From NCBI RefSeq assembly GCF_001194135.2, contig NC_069004.1, positions 9,954,802-10,002,475 of the forward strand: a DNA stretch of 47,674 nt, in the 5' to 3' direction. Source of the DNA: Octopus bimaculoides. Lineage: Eukaryota. The notes beneath the pieces are model-generated. The model had not been told where the DNA came from. It saw nothing but the letters and a program-made list of their open reading frames with translations, and ran no database searches. Of the stretch, positions 12,741 through 25,313 are shown piece by piece. The position numbers and the translations under genes were made by a program. Numbering within the stretch: the stretch's first letter is position 1; the number at the start of each line of letters is the position of its first letter.

Positions 12741-13862
12741 GTCTGAGATGATCCTGTTCTGTCAACCAGGCTGGGTTATTTGTTAGGCTGGCTATAGTAG
12801 CTTAAGGATGTGATTATCTTGATTCAGAACTGAACGAATGAATCCCAGTGAATCAGACTTCATCCTATTAAGAATGACCCCAGAACCCTACCCCTTGGGG
12901 ATTTTTACAAAACAGAAAGTAGAAACAGCAACAATTTGAACTCGATCCCCTTGCCCCCAACAACATTAAATGGAACTTATTGTGAGAGTATATAGACAGA
13001 GGGGAACTCGCAACCATCAAACAAAACTAGTCAGTGTGTATCTAGATTTATGTTAATAACAACAGCAGTAACAAATAAAAAATTAATGAAGTATTTCTGT
13101 ATTTGAGGACCAGCAGCGGTGGTCGTGGTAGAAGTAGTAGTAATAGTTGCAGTGATGATGATGGTGGTGGTAGTAGTAGTAGTAGTAGTGGAAGTAGCAG
13201 TAATAGTTGTAATGATAAGTGATAGTGGTGGTGGTGACCATGGTGATTGAAGTAGTGGTGGTGGTGGTGATGTAGGAGTAATAGTGGTAGTAGCAGCAGC
13301 AATAGTATTCTCATATACTTATCCTCAATTCCTACACACTTAATAAATAGACAGCAGTGATGCAGATCCTTTGTGTGGTTGCGTGACCCAGTAGAAATAT
13401 TAGCCAAGTCTTTTTCAAATGATTATCATTTGTCAAACAGGAAGTGTACATTAAATAACATAGTCCTAGATACAATGTGCCTGGAAAAAAAAAAACTTGG
13501 TCACAGCTGGTTTGCTGAATTACATCTGACCCAGGGCTAAACAGGAACACTAACTATACTGTTGGGAGTAGCCTCTATGCAGTTGCTTGACCTGCTAGAA
13601 ATAGCAACCAACTTTCCTCAAATAACAGCCTGCTGTCTTAAAAAAATGACACCTTGTATAATGTAGTCCAGAATACAGAATGCCTGATAATAGATGAGGT
13701 GGTTATGGCCAGAACACTTTTGTTCAATTATACATTGATTAATGTAGTCCATGGTAAATTATGCCAGTAAAACAATAAATAAATAAATAAATGGCAGAAT
13801 TGTGGTAGATTGAATGTCTTTGATTACAGCTCAGTTAGAGCAGTGTCTAAACAATTCCATCA

Positions 13863-14246
13863 TGAGGTGCAATAGCCCAGTGGTTAGGGCAGCGGACTCG
13901 CAGTCATAGGATCGCGGTTTTGATTCCCAGACCGGGCGTTGTGAGTGTTTATTGAGCGAAAACACCTAAAGCTCCACGAGGTTCCGGCTGGGGATGGTGG
14001 CGAACCCTGCTGTACTCTTCCACCACAACTTTCTCTCACTCTTACTTCCTGTTGCTGTTGTGCCTGTAATTCAAAGGGTCGGCCTTGTCACACTCTGTGT
14101 CACGCTGAATATCCGCGAGAACTACGTTAAGGGTACACGTGTCTGTGGAGTGCTCAGCCACTTGCACATTAATTTCACGAGCAGGCTGTTCCGTTGATCG
14201 GATCAACTGGAACCCTCGACGTCGTAAGCGACGGAGTGCCAACAAC
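13863..14246 (+). mobile_element. tRNA-derived SINE family D (about 385 bp), young copy with 14-bp TSD
   Basis: A box tagcccagtgg, B box ggttttgattccc, (caa)n tail; TSD aaacaattccatca at 13849-62 and 14247-60; highly similar to 26093-26484. Confidence 0.85.
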
Positions 14247-14298
14247 AAACAATTCCATCAAAGATAGCAATTTACTAAAACTTCTCTGAGCTTTCAAG

Positions 14299-14440
14299 GT
14301 TTGGTATTTTGTCCTGGTTTTGTACATAACCCTGGTTTTTTACTTAGCCTAGGTTTGTACTTTGACCTAATTTTGTATTAACCCTGGGTTTATGCTTAAC
14401 CTTGGATTTGTATTTTGCCCTGGTTTGGCTCTTAGCTGTG
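14299..14440. repeat. Degenerate minisatellite, unit about 18 bp (ttttgtacttaaccctgg-like)
   Basis: Repeated ttttgta...ccctgg/cctagg/ccttgg variants. Confidence 0.55.
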
Positions 14441-14896
14441 TTGCTTTATACATAGTCCTAGTTTTATAATGTTGGTTGGACAAATCTTTCATTGGGTGTG
14501 ACTTGGAGTGATATGTTGCATAGAATTAAGTGTTCAGAAAATACTTGTTCTGTGTTTCAAGTAGGTAATCCATTATAGTAAAACACTCAGCATCTATTTA
14601 GAACATGATACACCAACAACAACAGAGAGGGTTTTTCATGGTAACAGGATGAGGCCACTGGTAAATAAGTGTCAATGAAAGACCAAAAAACTTTCACGTT
14701 CTCACCCTCACATCCTGAAAACAAAAATAAAAACACACCAAGCAATAGATAATATGTCTCTTTCCCCTCCTCCAAGTCAATTTTGTTGCTCAATATCAAC
14801 AGCATTAGAAACTTCTCAGACTGTCTTCTTAGTTTGTCCACCTCTAAATTGTTGCCCAATTTGTGTGTTTCTGAATTGTGATAAACTTTTCAACAG

Positions 14897-14960
14897 ATTC
14901 TCAAGTCGGTTACAAATTGTCACACTCACATTGTCAAGCTGACGGCTGGATCCTTAGCAG
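14897..14960 (+). CDS. SLC25A16: SLC25A16 exon 4 (64 nt)
   Basis: ttttcaacag acceptor, ILKSVTNCHTHIVKLTAGSLA(G), GTAACT donor; phases match both neighbours. Confidence 0.93.
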
Positions 14961-15027
14961 GTAACTATACACTTTTCATCACACAAAACAAGCATGACCT
15001 TTTATTGAGTGATATTTTTTATCATCA

Positions 15028-15068
<41 letters not shown>

Positions 15069-15626
15069 TCTCTTTTAGTTGGGGGTTTCCTCCATTTTCA
15101 TTTCATTTTGCCTCATCTGTTGAAATATGTTTGGTCTCATTCTTCACAAAAGATTTTTGGGGATGATGAATTTAAAAAAAAATTTTTTATACATTTGTAT
15201 TTGATTGGCTGCCCAAAATTGTTGTCTTTATGCCAAGACAAGAATTTATTATTATTATTATTACTATTGCTCTCAAAAAGTTCATCGCTTTTGTTATTAT
15301 TGTTTCTAGGTCATTGTTATTATTTAAAGGTCAAAGAATAACATTCTATTGCTATAAAGGTCAGTGAATGTGGCCAAGACAGTAGTGCTGGCCTAAATAA
15401 AGTGTAAATAAAGTTTATATTTTTCTATTCTAGGGCTGATATGAGGTGAACTGATTGTTCATGCCATTCAGTAAAGATACTGGGGTCATTTTGATTGTCT
15501 TTCTCTCTTCTTTATAAAAGCTGGTATTGTAACTCAGTTTAACCAAATGAGCAGCTGCTCTGTAATAATTAACCTTATACTTCAATTCATTTGAGTGTAC
15601 CCATTCATTACACAAACTAGAATACA

Positions 15627-15918
15627 GTAGGCCTGTCTAGTAGTTGGTACTGTAGAGCAGGTCTACCTCCTAGTTGGTACTGTAGAGCAAGTCTGCCTAC
15701 TAGTTGGTACTGTAGAGCAGGTCTACCTACTATCTGGTATTTTAGAGCAGGTCTGCCTACTAGTTGGTACTACAGAGCAAGTTTATCTACAAGTTAGTAC
15801 CACAGAGTAGGTCTTTCTACTAGCTAGCTCTTTCTACTATAGGGCAAGTTTGTGTAGTAGTTGGTATTATGGAGCAGGTCTGTCTACTAGTTGGTACAAC
15901 AGAGCAAAGTCTGTGTAC
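15627..15918. repeat. 30-bp minisatellite (tagttggtactgtagagcaggtctrcctac), about 9-10 units
   Basis: Unit starts recur at 15641, 15671, 15701, 15731, 15761, 15791 and 15821. Confidence 0.9.
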
Positions 15919-17365
15919 TACTTTATAGATTATGGTTGACCCCAAAAGCTCCACTTTAGATCAGTGACAATCACATATTGTTGTAGATAAGTATAATTAT
16001 CCTGATAGCCTTAAAGGGTAAAGACCCTCTTTGATCATGAATGACCATGGGATTGCCCCTAGAAAGCTGTGGTTGTTCAGTTCTAGCAGAGAGAGAGAGG
16101 TTGATCATGTAGAGCAGTCACTGGCAAACTGCAGCTTGTGGGACTTTCTGAATGGTTCACCAATGAAAAGTTCTTTAGATAGCACAGCCTACTTGGTAAT
16201 GAGCCATGTTTCATGCAGTTTGCTTCTTGGAAAAGGTTGTCAATTCCTGACATAGGGAGTACGTGTATTTAAGCTGGGACTGAAATTGTAAATCTTTTCA
16301 ATGATACATGGTAGGGTTTTCTACCATTCTGGACTATCATTTTTGCACTAGCTTTAACAATAACTCAACACAATTCAGGAAGAGAAACAGTTAAGGAAAT
16401 TAAACTGACTTGGCCACAGACATGCTGTCGCCCCTGTTACAGGATATAAACTGATCCTCTTGTGTCCTATTCTTTATTCATCACTATGACCAGATGGAAA
16501 CACGGGTGTTTAAGGCTGGTTATTCAGCATCATTAACGGTTGTCTTTAATTTCTTCAGATCTTCATGGATTATTCGTCGCTGCTGTTTTTTGTGTCCATT
16601 CCATATTTGTAGCCATAATTTATTTATCTTAAACAGCAAAACATTATGCTCACTAAAACTGATATTTATCAAATTGGTGTGTTGTTTTATGGTGCCAAAT
16701 CATGGTTATCAAGATGTCTTTGTCAAATTCTCTGAATATTACAGGTTAACTGTCTGGAATAATCCCATTCTTGACAAATTTGTTTTTGTCATCTCACTTT
16801 TCTGAATTATATCAGAATGCTAGTTGCACTGGTTAACCTTAGCAATCAAATGAATTATTCAGTGTTACTATATAAACTATAATGTATCATTTGTATGTAG
16901 TTCAGTGGCTAAAACGTAGGTTGTTTGCTGTGTAGCTTCCTCATGACAATCGGCAGAATGAATTTTGTGTGTGAATAGTTATTTGTGTATGTACACTGTT
17001 AAAGTTTGATACCCTTCCCAATGCCAACCACTTGACAGTGTGTTGTATTGGATGGCTTCTTCTTTTTTTTTTTCATGCCATCAGCACTAGTGAAGCTGCC
17101 ATGCAACTTGAAAGACTACGAACCCCAAATGAGGTGGTAGTGGGAAACTTTACGCTTAGGAGAATCAAAAGTATGAGAGAAAAGGCCTGAGCCGTTGAGG
17201 ACTCATATTTCACATGAGAAGACGGGGGTTGGAGCAGGAAGTATCTCTTTGGAAATAATAGCCAAATGAGTGATAGTTTATATCTCCATGACCTTAAAGA
17301 AACTTAAAACATCTTTAATGTATTTGATTGGTTAACAAAAATTTTTTCTGATTTACTTTTTGCAG

Positions 17366-17554
17366 GTATGGTGGCGCTAGTGGTTACTTATCCTCTGGAT
17401 GTGGTACGATCTCGTTTAGCTTTCCAAGTGAAAGGTGAACATCTTTATGTCGGCATCGTAGACACGATGAAGTCAATTATCCATCTGGAAGGTGGAACCA
17501 CTGCACTTTACAAAGGCATGGTGCCCTCAATACTGGGTATTTCACCATATGCTG
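17366..17554 (+). CDS. SLC25A16: SLC25A16 exon 5 (189 nt)
   Basis: tttttgcag acceptor, (G)MVALVVTYPLDVVRSRLAFQVKGEHLYVGIVDTMKSIIHLEGGTTALYKGMVPSILGISPYA(G), GTAATT donor; carrier signature 2; RLAFQVKGEH is diagnostic of SLC25A16. Confidence 0.97.
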
Positions 17555-17612
17555 GTAATTATTGACCTCCTTACCTCCCTCCTTTTCTAATCAGTGTTGT
17601 GTTTCATATTAA

Positions 17613-17826
17613 CCTTTTACCATTTAAACTGGCTACATCAGGCCAAGATATTCTACTTGTTTAATGCTCAAGCTGGCCAGATCCAGTCTCCTGCACCTGC
17701 CCTACAATGTCATACCAAAAGTATACAATCACCTCATTGAAATCTGTCCATTCAGATTGAAATCTCAACTCCATATATATGACAGGCTTCTTTCACATCA
17801 TTGAAATCTCAAAGCTACAAGATAAA
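17613..17826 (-). mobile_element. piggyBac-type MITE family 1, partial, reverse orientation
   Basis: ttaa-ccttttaccatttaaactggc is the reverse complement of the right end of 30731-30938; internal sequence also matches. Confidence 0.6.
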
Positions 17827-18871
17827 ATATTAGCTTCTTCCCTCTTCACAGCAATTAACCTTGTTCTTCTGTGAATTCTCACACCAATTTCTGTGGCAAG
17901 CCTCATCTGGAATTAATTGATTTTGGTCAATTACCCTCATTTAACATCCGCTTTTCCATGCTTGCATGGGTCAGATGGAATTTGTTGAGGTAGATTTTCT
18001 ATGACTGAATGTTCTTCCTGTTGCCAACCCTCACCTGTTTCTAGGCAAGGTAATATTTCCCCACTGTTTTCCATGGGAAACTGGAAATGAACAACCTTGC
18101 TTGTATAGCAGTGATGCTCGTTTACAGCCATCATGTGATGTACACACATACATACCTGTAACAGGCTTCTTTCAGTTTCTACCAGCCAAATCCACTCATA
18201 AGGCTTTGGTTGACCCAAGGCTATATATATTAGAAGACACTTGCCCAAGGTACTACAGAGTGGGACTAAACCCAAAACCATGTGGTTGGGAAACAGGTTT
18301 CTTAACCCCCACAGTCATGTAACTATATATCACAACCTAATCATCTTCAACAAGCATGAACCATGCTATAAAAGTTCTTTGTTTTATTAAATTTTACTAA
18401 TTTAATTCATAATTCATTCCTGGAGGTTGTTCCTGAAATGTTCATAAACCAAAACTATATTTACCGTAAGAAATTCAAGAGAACAGACAGTGAATTTGTG
18501 CATGGATGTGCACCGAATTAAAGCTAGACAGCAACTGACACTTTCCCACTGATACTAGCAGCTTATCAGTAATTGCTGTTGTTGTCAGCCTGCATGTTCA
18601 TTACTCAAGGCAATATTTGTCCACCCGAGATGTTTTATGTTGAAAAAAAATTGTTTGTAAACTGATTTGTTTGTGATGAGAAGCATTCATAAATAGAAGT
18701 TTCGCTATATCTTTCAACAAACAACAAACTCCTCTGATAGTTTTCAACATGAGAATAAGTCCTGTTTTATTAGAGTGACACACACTGGACAATTCATTCT
18801 ACATCCTATTCAACTAACAACAACAACAACGACATCATAAAATTGATTACATTTGTTTGTTTTTTTTTTAG

Positions 18872-19034
18872 GTTTATCTTTCACATGTTTCGAGATAATG
18901 AAAAACTTGTGTTTAGACTATTTTCCTGATACTCTTGGAAGACCCTGCCAGAAAACAACGGGTGGGATTATTCTTATTCTTCCTGCCAAATTGCTCTGCG
19001 GTGCTTGGGCTGGAGTTATCGCCCAGACAACAGC
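18872..19034 (+). CDS. SLC25A16: SLC25A16 exon 6 (163 nt)
   Basis: Poly-T-ag acceptor, (G)LSFTCFEIMKNLCLDYFPDTLGRPCQKTTGGIILILPAKLLCGAWAGVIAQTT(A), GTGAGT donor. Confidence 0.96.
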
Positions 19035-19273
19035 GTGAGTAATGCATTCTTTCTTCTAATACTGTATTAAAGAACAACAGTATCATCATCATTATTTATC
19101 TTCTGCCTTCTGTGCTGGCATGAGTTGGATGGCTCGACAAGATCCAACAGGCCAGAAGTCTGTGTTGTAATTCAGTGCCTGCTTAGGCATGATTCTACAT
19201 CTGGATTGTTCTTCATAACATCAACCATTTTACAAAGTGTGCTGGGTGACTTTTGCATGGCACCAGCACTGGA

Positions 19274-19441
19274 TCGTCGTTGTCGTCGTCGTTTAACGTC
19301 CGCTTTCCATGCTAGCATCGGTTGGACGATTTGACTGAAGACTGGTGGACCAGAAGGCGACACCAGGCTCCAATCTGATTTGGCAGAGTTTCTACAGCTG
19401 GATGCCCTTCCTAACGCCAACCACTCCGAGAGTGTAGTGGA
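19274..19441 (-). mobile_element. RTE-clade LINE 3' end, short copy
   Basis: Near-identical to the 3' 170 bp of the copies at 22143, 31114 and 32371. Confidence 0.8.
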
Positions 19442-20629
19442 CAGTTATCTTTTGTCTTCTACTTGTTTTACTCAATGGTTCGCGACCATGCTCGGACACT
19501 GCCTTGTTTAGTCAAACAAATCAGCTCCAATACCAGTGCTTTTTTTTTAAAGTTTGGTACTTATTCCATCAGTCTCTTTTGCTGAACTACTAAGTTACAG
19601 GAATGTACACAAGCCAAATCCAGTTGTCAAGTGACTGTATGGGGATAATCACAAACAGACACTTCCAAACAGTTTCCATCAATTCACTTGCAAGGCATTG
19701 GTCAGCCTGGGGATACAGTAGACGGCACTTACTGAAGGTACCACACAGTGGGGCTGAACCCCAAACCACATGGTTGCAAAACAAGCTTCTTAAGCACACA
19801 GTCATGCCAACACATCTACAGTCATGCTTTATATGTTTTCATCATCATCTTCTTCGTCATTAAGTGCTTTGTGTCCTCAGGTAATCCCTACTCAAATGAG
19901 GATATAAACATTTTTCCATTCAGTGCAACATTCCTGCTATTTTTTTTTCCCAATCACTAAACTGAAGAACTTCTGATGCTTGGAGTGCAAAATATGTCAA
20001 ACTTTGAAGCTAATGTGCAGCATGTGATCTTAAATGCAACTTATGAAGTGCACGTTTGTAAATTAAAACAACTGCAACATTTTGATGTATGTTGCACCAG
20101 TGCAGCAACTGTGCAGCTGTACACGTGCACCTTCTATTTTTTTGTTTCTTTTTATATTAGTTCACTAAGAAGAGGTTATTCCTCTTTAGTGAGGGTCTCG
20201 GATGGATTTTGAACTCGGAACACACAAAGCTGGAATAGACACCACACCACAACACATCCCCACAGATGCTCTACCAATTCTGCCAATCCACCGTCCTGGG
20301 GCTGGTACTTTGTTTATCAACCCCAAAATGATGAAAGGTAAAGTTGTCATCGGCAGTATTAGAACCAGGGACAATACTCACACAGCGTTTAATCTGATGC
20401 TTCATTGACTCTGTCAATTCACCACCTAAAATGTGCGATGTATGCACTCTTGTGCATGTGTTTTACAGCTATATACTCACATACATGTAAGTACATTTAT
20501 ATACATGATCATGTACAAACATATGGTTTTGTATATTTAATTGGGGTTATTTCTTTGTCTTTGTTTTAATTTTTTTCTCTTTTTTTGTCTTTTCATAAAC
20601 TTGTCTAAAAGTTGCAATTTATCTTACAG

Positions 20630-20701
20630 CTATCCATTGGATGTTGTCAGACGGCGAATGCAACTGTCCCGAATGTTACCAGAATCCCACAAATATGATC
20701 A
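20630..20701 (+). CDS. SLC25A16: SLC25A16 exon 7 (72 nt)
   Basis: atcttacag acceptor, (A)YPLDVVRRRMQLSRMLPESHKYD(Q), GTAAGT donor; carrier signature 3. Confidence 0.96.
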
Positions 20702-21054
20702 GTAAGTGACATATATTGTCTGTCCTTAATCTTTGATTGAGCTTGACTAAGCTTTCTACATGACCACATACTGGCCCAGATTTGAATTCTGTGTGACCTA
20801 ATGTTAACCTGTCTATAGTACACAGTTATTCTCAGACATGGCCCCAAATCAAAATATTAGCTCCTTCCCTCCTCATGGTAATTAAACATATTTTTGTGCG
20901 AACTTTCACACCAATTCTTGTGGTTAACCTCATAAAGAATTACTTGCCTTGGGTCAAAATAACAACTGGATCATCTTTAACAAATATTAGTTTAATTTGG
21001 CCATCCTCCTGGGTGCTTCAATGATTTCGTGGGAGATACCATGCATGTTCTTAA

Positions 21055-21332
21055 CCCATTACCTACCAGTGATCTCATATGAGATCACTTAAAAATTACA
21101 AATTTCGTAATTATCTCTCAATATTTACACATATCTAACCTTTTTGCTATATCTACTAGGTATATTTCTCTGATATTCAAATGAAGTTTGCTAATTTTTC
21201 ACCCAATATCTCGCTTATTTCTATTTAAAATGTTATTTTGATCATTCCAGCATGTTTCTAAGGCTGTTTTATGCTAGAAATCAAAGTTTCATAAAAAAAA
21301 TTCCAGTTAATAGAATTATGGGAGGTAATGGG
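21055..21332. mobile_element. piggyBac-type MITE family 2 (278 bp)
   Basis: TTAA at 21051-54 and 21333-36; TIRs cccattacctacca / tgggaggtaatggg (13 of 14 match). Confidence 0.8.
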
Positions 21333-21340
21333 TTAATGCA

Positions 21341-21620
21341 TCATTTGCCATTCCACAGTCCTGAAACAAGTTGTTTCTTTCTCAGTTGATCTTTCCTTTG
21401 ACTTACTGCCATAGGACCAATTGACACACAGATTCTTCTAGGTGCCTGATGCAATGCCCAGCAATTCTCATTCTTCTCTGCTGAATCTTCTCGGTCACTT
21501 TGAGTAGATCTTGATAAAGCTGCTTGATGGTTAAATGAACTCTCCATGTAACATTCAGAACCATTCTTGACATTCTTGTGCCACAACCGTTTCTGAAAGT
21601 TCTTTGTTTTAGTAAGGGTC
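21341..21620 (-). mobile_element. Degenerate RTE/RTEX-like LINE ORF2 C-terminal fragment
   Basis: TRMSRMVLNVTWRVHLTIKQLYQDLLKVTEKIQQRRMRIAGHCIRHLEESVCQLVLWQ fits the post-RT region of RTE-type LINEs (L-x-V-x-W...RR-x-R-x-AGH). Confidence 0.7.
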
Positions 21621-21864
21621 TCTCAACAAATAACAAATTCCCTAGCAATTTTCAGCATGAAAATAAGTCCTGTTTTTAGAGTGGCACATGCTGGACAATT
21701 CATTCCACATCCTATTCAACTAACAACAACAACATAAATATTGATCAATAGCATACTGGTTGAATTATGACCAAATACTGATCCGTCTTTAATAGTATCC
21801 TGGATGTTATATAACCTGAGTCCATATCAGCTTGATTTCTCCTTAAATAAACAAAACCATGTCA

Positions 21865-22025
21865 TTAAATAGTGATTTCAAATTTTGGTACAGGGGCAAC
21901 AGTTTTTGAGGGGAGAGGAAAGTCAATTACATCGACCCCAATGCTTAGCTGGTACTTGTTTTCATCCGAAAGGATGAAACACAAAGTTGACCTTGACGGA
22001 ATTTGAACTCGGAATGTAAAGATGG
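21865..22025 (-). mobile_element. SINE family B
   Basis: atcgaccccaatgcttagctggtacttgttttcatccgaaaggatgaaacacaaagttgacc...gaatttgaactc. Confidence 0.7.
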
Positions 22026-22142
22026 ATAAAATAAGAATAATGGGGAGGGAGATGCAGAGGTACAAAGGTAGCAATAGGGGGTAGGTTGTTGAAGGCTTGT
22101 ATCCTAAATTTTTAATTCAAATGTAGAATAACTAATTAAATA

Positions 22143-22520
22143 AATCATCATCATCATCGTCGTCGTTTAACGTCCGCTTTCCATGCTAGCATGGGTTGGA
22201 CGATTTGACTGAGGACTGGTGAAACCAGATGGCTACACCAGGCTCCAATCTGATTTGGCAGAGTTTCTACAGCTGGATGCCCTTCCTAACGCCAACCACT
22301 CTGTGAGTGTAGTGGGTGCTTTTATGTGCCACCGGCACGAAGGCCAGTCAGGCGGTACTGACAACGGCCACGCTCAAAATGGTGTATTTTACGTGCCACC
22401 TGCACAGGAGCCAGTCCAGCGGCACTGGCAACGATCTTGCTCGAATGTCTTTACACGTGCCAGAACGGCGACAGTGCCATCACGATTTCGCTTTCGCTTG
22501 CCCCAACAGGTCTTCTCAAG
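22143..22520 (-). mobile_element. 5'-truncated RTE-clade LINE (3' UTR with internal tandem repeats, (GAT)n tail)
   Basis: Same family as 31114-31548 and 32371-32834; tail ...ggaaagcggacgttaaacgacgacgatgatgat. Confidence 0.8.
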
Positions 22521-22615
22521 CCGAGTTTCAATGTTGTTGGTAATTATTTTGATAATTAATCAGTAAGCAGACTACATAATTATGTGTGTGTTTTTTGTAT
22601 TTTTTCTTTTACCAG

Positions 22616-22787
22616 AGGTTGGCTGCGGACATTGTTGGTCATATACCGTGAAGATGGGGTCAGCAATGGACTGTTCCGAGGACTTACTGTCAATTACATT
22701 CGAGTCATCCCTACTGTGGCTGTGTCTTTTGCCACTTATGAAACAGCAAAACAAATGCTTGGCTTAGACACCGGTGTTGATCGTTAG
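22616..22787 (+). CDS. SLC25A16: SLC25A16 exon 8, terminal coding exon
   Basis: ttttaccag acceptor, (Q)GWLRTLLVIYREDGVSNGLFRGLTVNYIRVIPTVAVSFATYETAKQMLGLDTGVDR-stop. The exons sum to 975 nt = 324 aa plus stop with no frameshift. Confidence 0.96.
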
Positions 22788-23635
22788 CACTTTAAACGGC
22801 TTTATTTATTTAATTTTAATAGTTTCATTTTAATCTCCTTTTTAATTTTAAGTCCATTGTTTGTTTGTTTGTTTGTTGTTTTTTTTTTTCTATTTTATTT
22901 AAAATATATGTATCTATATGTATATAAGTATGTGAGTGTGTATACATATATGTGTGTGTGAGTGTGTATACATATATGTGTGTGTAACTGTTTAGGGGAT
23001 CTGCATGAAATTCATGCAGAACAAAAGAAAAAATCAGTTTGTCTCAATAACTGCTGCCAGTTCTTTGTTGAAATGATTCTCTCTCAAGTGATTTTCGACT
23101 TGTCTGAGGAACATCACAAACAAAACAGTATGGCCCTTACTCGTTTGTGACAATGGGGAACTGGGTGAAGGTCACAGCCTATGTCTTTTCTCTTAAAACA
23201 ATGTAATATATTTTTTTTTCAATTTCTAATTTCATTTCATTTATATATTTATTTATTTGAGGAAGGCTGTTGCGACCACGACTCTTTTCAGACTCTCTAT
23301 AACTGAAGAGAGTAAAGGGTCTTCAGACCAGAGGTCTAGCCCCAAATGTTTACATCAGAGAGAGAGCCCCGCCAAAGTTACCCAAGCCATGGTGTTAATT
23401 AGTCATGTGTTTTTACCCCTTTTTCCCTTTCATGCAATATTTGCTCACATTCTCTCTCTTCATCATGTGTCTTACTTTTAGGTGATTTGTAATATTTTTT
23501 AAACTAAATATATATATATATATATATGTATGTATATATAGGGTATAAAGGTGGGTTTCTTTTTTTTAATTCTTTTAAATGTCTATAAACATGAAAGATG
23601 TGTGTATGTGCATTTGTGTATATATCTCTTAGGGA

Positions 23636-24186
23636 NNNNNNNNNNNNNNNNNNNNNNNNNNNNNNNNNNNNNNNNNNNNNNNNNNNNNNNNNNNNNNNNN
23701 NNNNNNNNNNNNNNNNNNNNNNNNNNNNNNNNNNNNNNNNNNNNNNNNNNNNNNNNNNNNNNNNNNNNNNNNNNNNNNNNNNNNNNNNNNNNNNNNNNNN
23801 NNNNNNNNNNNNNNNNNNNNNNNNNNNNNNNNNNNNNNNNNNNNNNNNNNNNNNNNNNNNNNNNNNNNNNNNNNNNNNNNNNNNNNNNNNNNNNNNNNNN
23901 NNNNNNNNNNNNNNNNNNNNNNNNNNNNNNNNNNNNNNNNNNNNNNNNNNNNNNNNNNNNNNNNNNNNNNNNNNNNNNNNNNNNNNNNNNNNNNNNNNNN
24001 NNNNNNNNNNNNNNNNNNNNNNNNNNNNNNNNNNNNNNNNNNNNNNNNNNNNNNNNNNNNNNNNNNNNNNNNNNNNNNNNNNNNNNNNNNNNNNNNNNNN
24101 NNNNNNNNNNNNNNNNNNNNNNNNNNNNNNNNNNNNNNNNNNNNNNNNNNNNNNNNNNNNNNNNNNNNNNNNNNNNNNNNNNNNNN
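23636..24186. other. Assembly gap (N)
   Basis: Run of N; the long ORFs spanning it are artefacts. Confidence 1.
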
Positions 24187-24224
<38 letters not shown>

Positions 24225-25088
24225 TACACACATACACTATACCCTCTTTTTTTTCATTCTTAATCAAATTCTGCCTCCATCCCTTTTTCTTAATTTCCCT
24301 ACATCTATTCCACCACAGTCCCCCATACACACTTCGATACCATACACAAATTTCCTTCTCTCATTCTTTCTATCTCTCATTCACTCTCTACACCTCTATT
24401 ACATTACTTCATCAGCTCCCTCATCTCTATTCTAGGGTTTTATCTTTCTTCATCCACCTCTCCTTTCTTATTCATGCTATCTTTTCCTCTCTTACTTTTT
24501 TCTTAGTCTCTCTCTCTCTTTCTTTCTCCATATTCGTGACTGCCTGTCTCACAAACTGCTGACTACCCTCCTTTCCTGTCTCTTTATCTATCTTATCTAC
24601 CCCTCTCTGTAATACTTTCTTCCTTTCTCTCTCTCTAACTCTCTCACCACTACTTCTGTCTTTGCTATCCAGCATGACAGGAAAGGGAAAACTAACCGAC
24701 AGGAAGTTAAAATACGACTTAGTATTTTGTATATTAAGATGAATGACTATATTGGCTAGATTACCAGATGTTGTTATACACCACTGGCCATAATGTATTA
24801 CCTCACATTGTTACAGCCTTTCAATGATGTCACCCCACTGGTTAAGTGAGCAGACTGATATTCCCCCTAAATGGAATGTCAGTCCAGCACAGAGCTGCCC
24901 ATCTACAGCTGAGTTGACTGGGGCAACATGAAATGAAGGGTTTTGCTCAAGAACTGAAACCATGACCTTGCAACTGTGGGTGCAATACCTCAACCAGTAG
25001 GCCACACCACACACCTTCAGCATGTGTGTGTGTGTGTGTGTGAAAGTGAGAGTGTATCAGTAAAGCAATTTCTAATTTGTCTCTAAAT

Positions 25089-25262
25089 AGGCGTAGGAGT
25101 GGCTGTGTGGTAAGTAGCTTGCTTACCAACCACATGGTTCCAGGTTCAGTCCGACTGCGTGGCACCTTGGGCAAATGTCTTCTACTATAGCCTCGGACCG
25201 ACCAAAGCCTTGTGAGTGGATTTGGTAGACGGAAACTGAAAGAAGCCCATCGTACATATATG

Positions 25263-25313
<51 letters not shown>

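Noticed and set aside
13863-13940. tRNA genes (also the heads at 25089 and 26093)
   Set aside because: These are tRNA-derived SINE heads with no complete cloverleaf, continuing into SINE bodies.
15627-15918. CRISPR-like regular repeat
   Set aside because: Contiguous tandem units with no unique spacers, in a eukaryotic intron, with no cas genes.
16494-16805. 103-aa ORF with an acceptor-like ttcttcag as a candidate SLC25A16 exon
   Set aside because: No carrier homology; the gene is complete and in frame without it.
22205-22240. CTGAGGA-ctggt-GAAAC in the antisense of the RTE tail (also at about 32435)
   Set aside because: No NUH triplet after the putative stem III and no stem I; coincidental.
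23275-23340. Minus-strand CTGAAGA...actctct/agagagt stem...GAAA, resembling a second hammerhead
   Set aside because: No valid stem III (A opposite G at 15.2/16.2) and no stem I complement after the GTC.
23504-24435. Several ORFs over 200 aa (also 3526-3780 and 46161-46657)
   Set aside because: They are open only because they cross N gaps and microsatellites.
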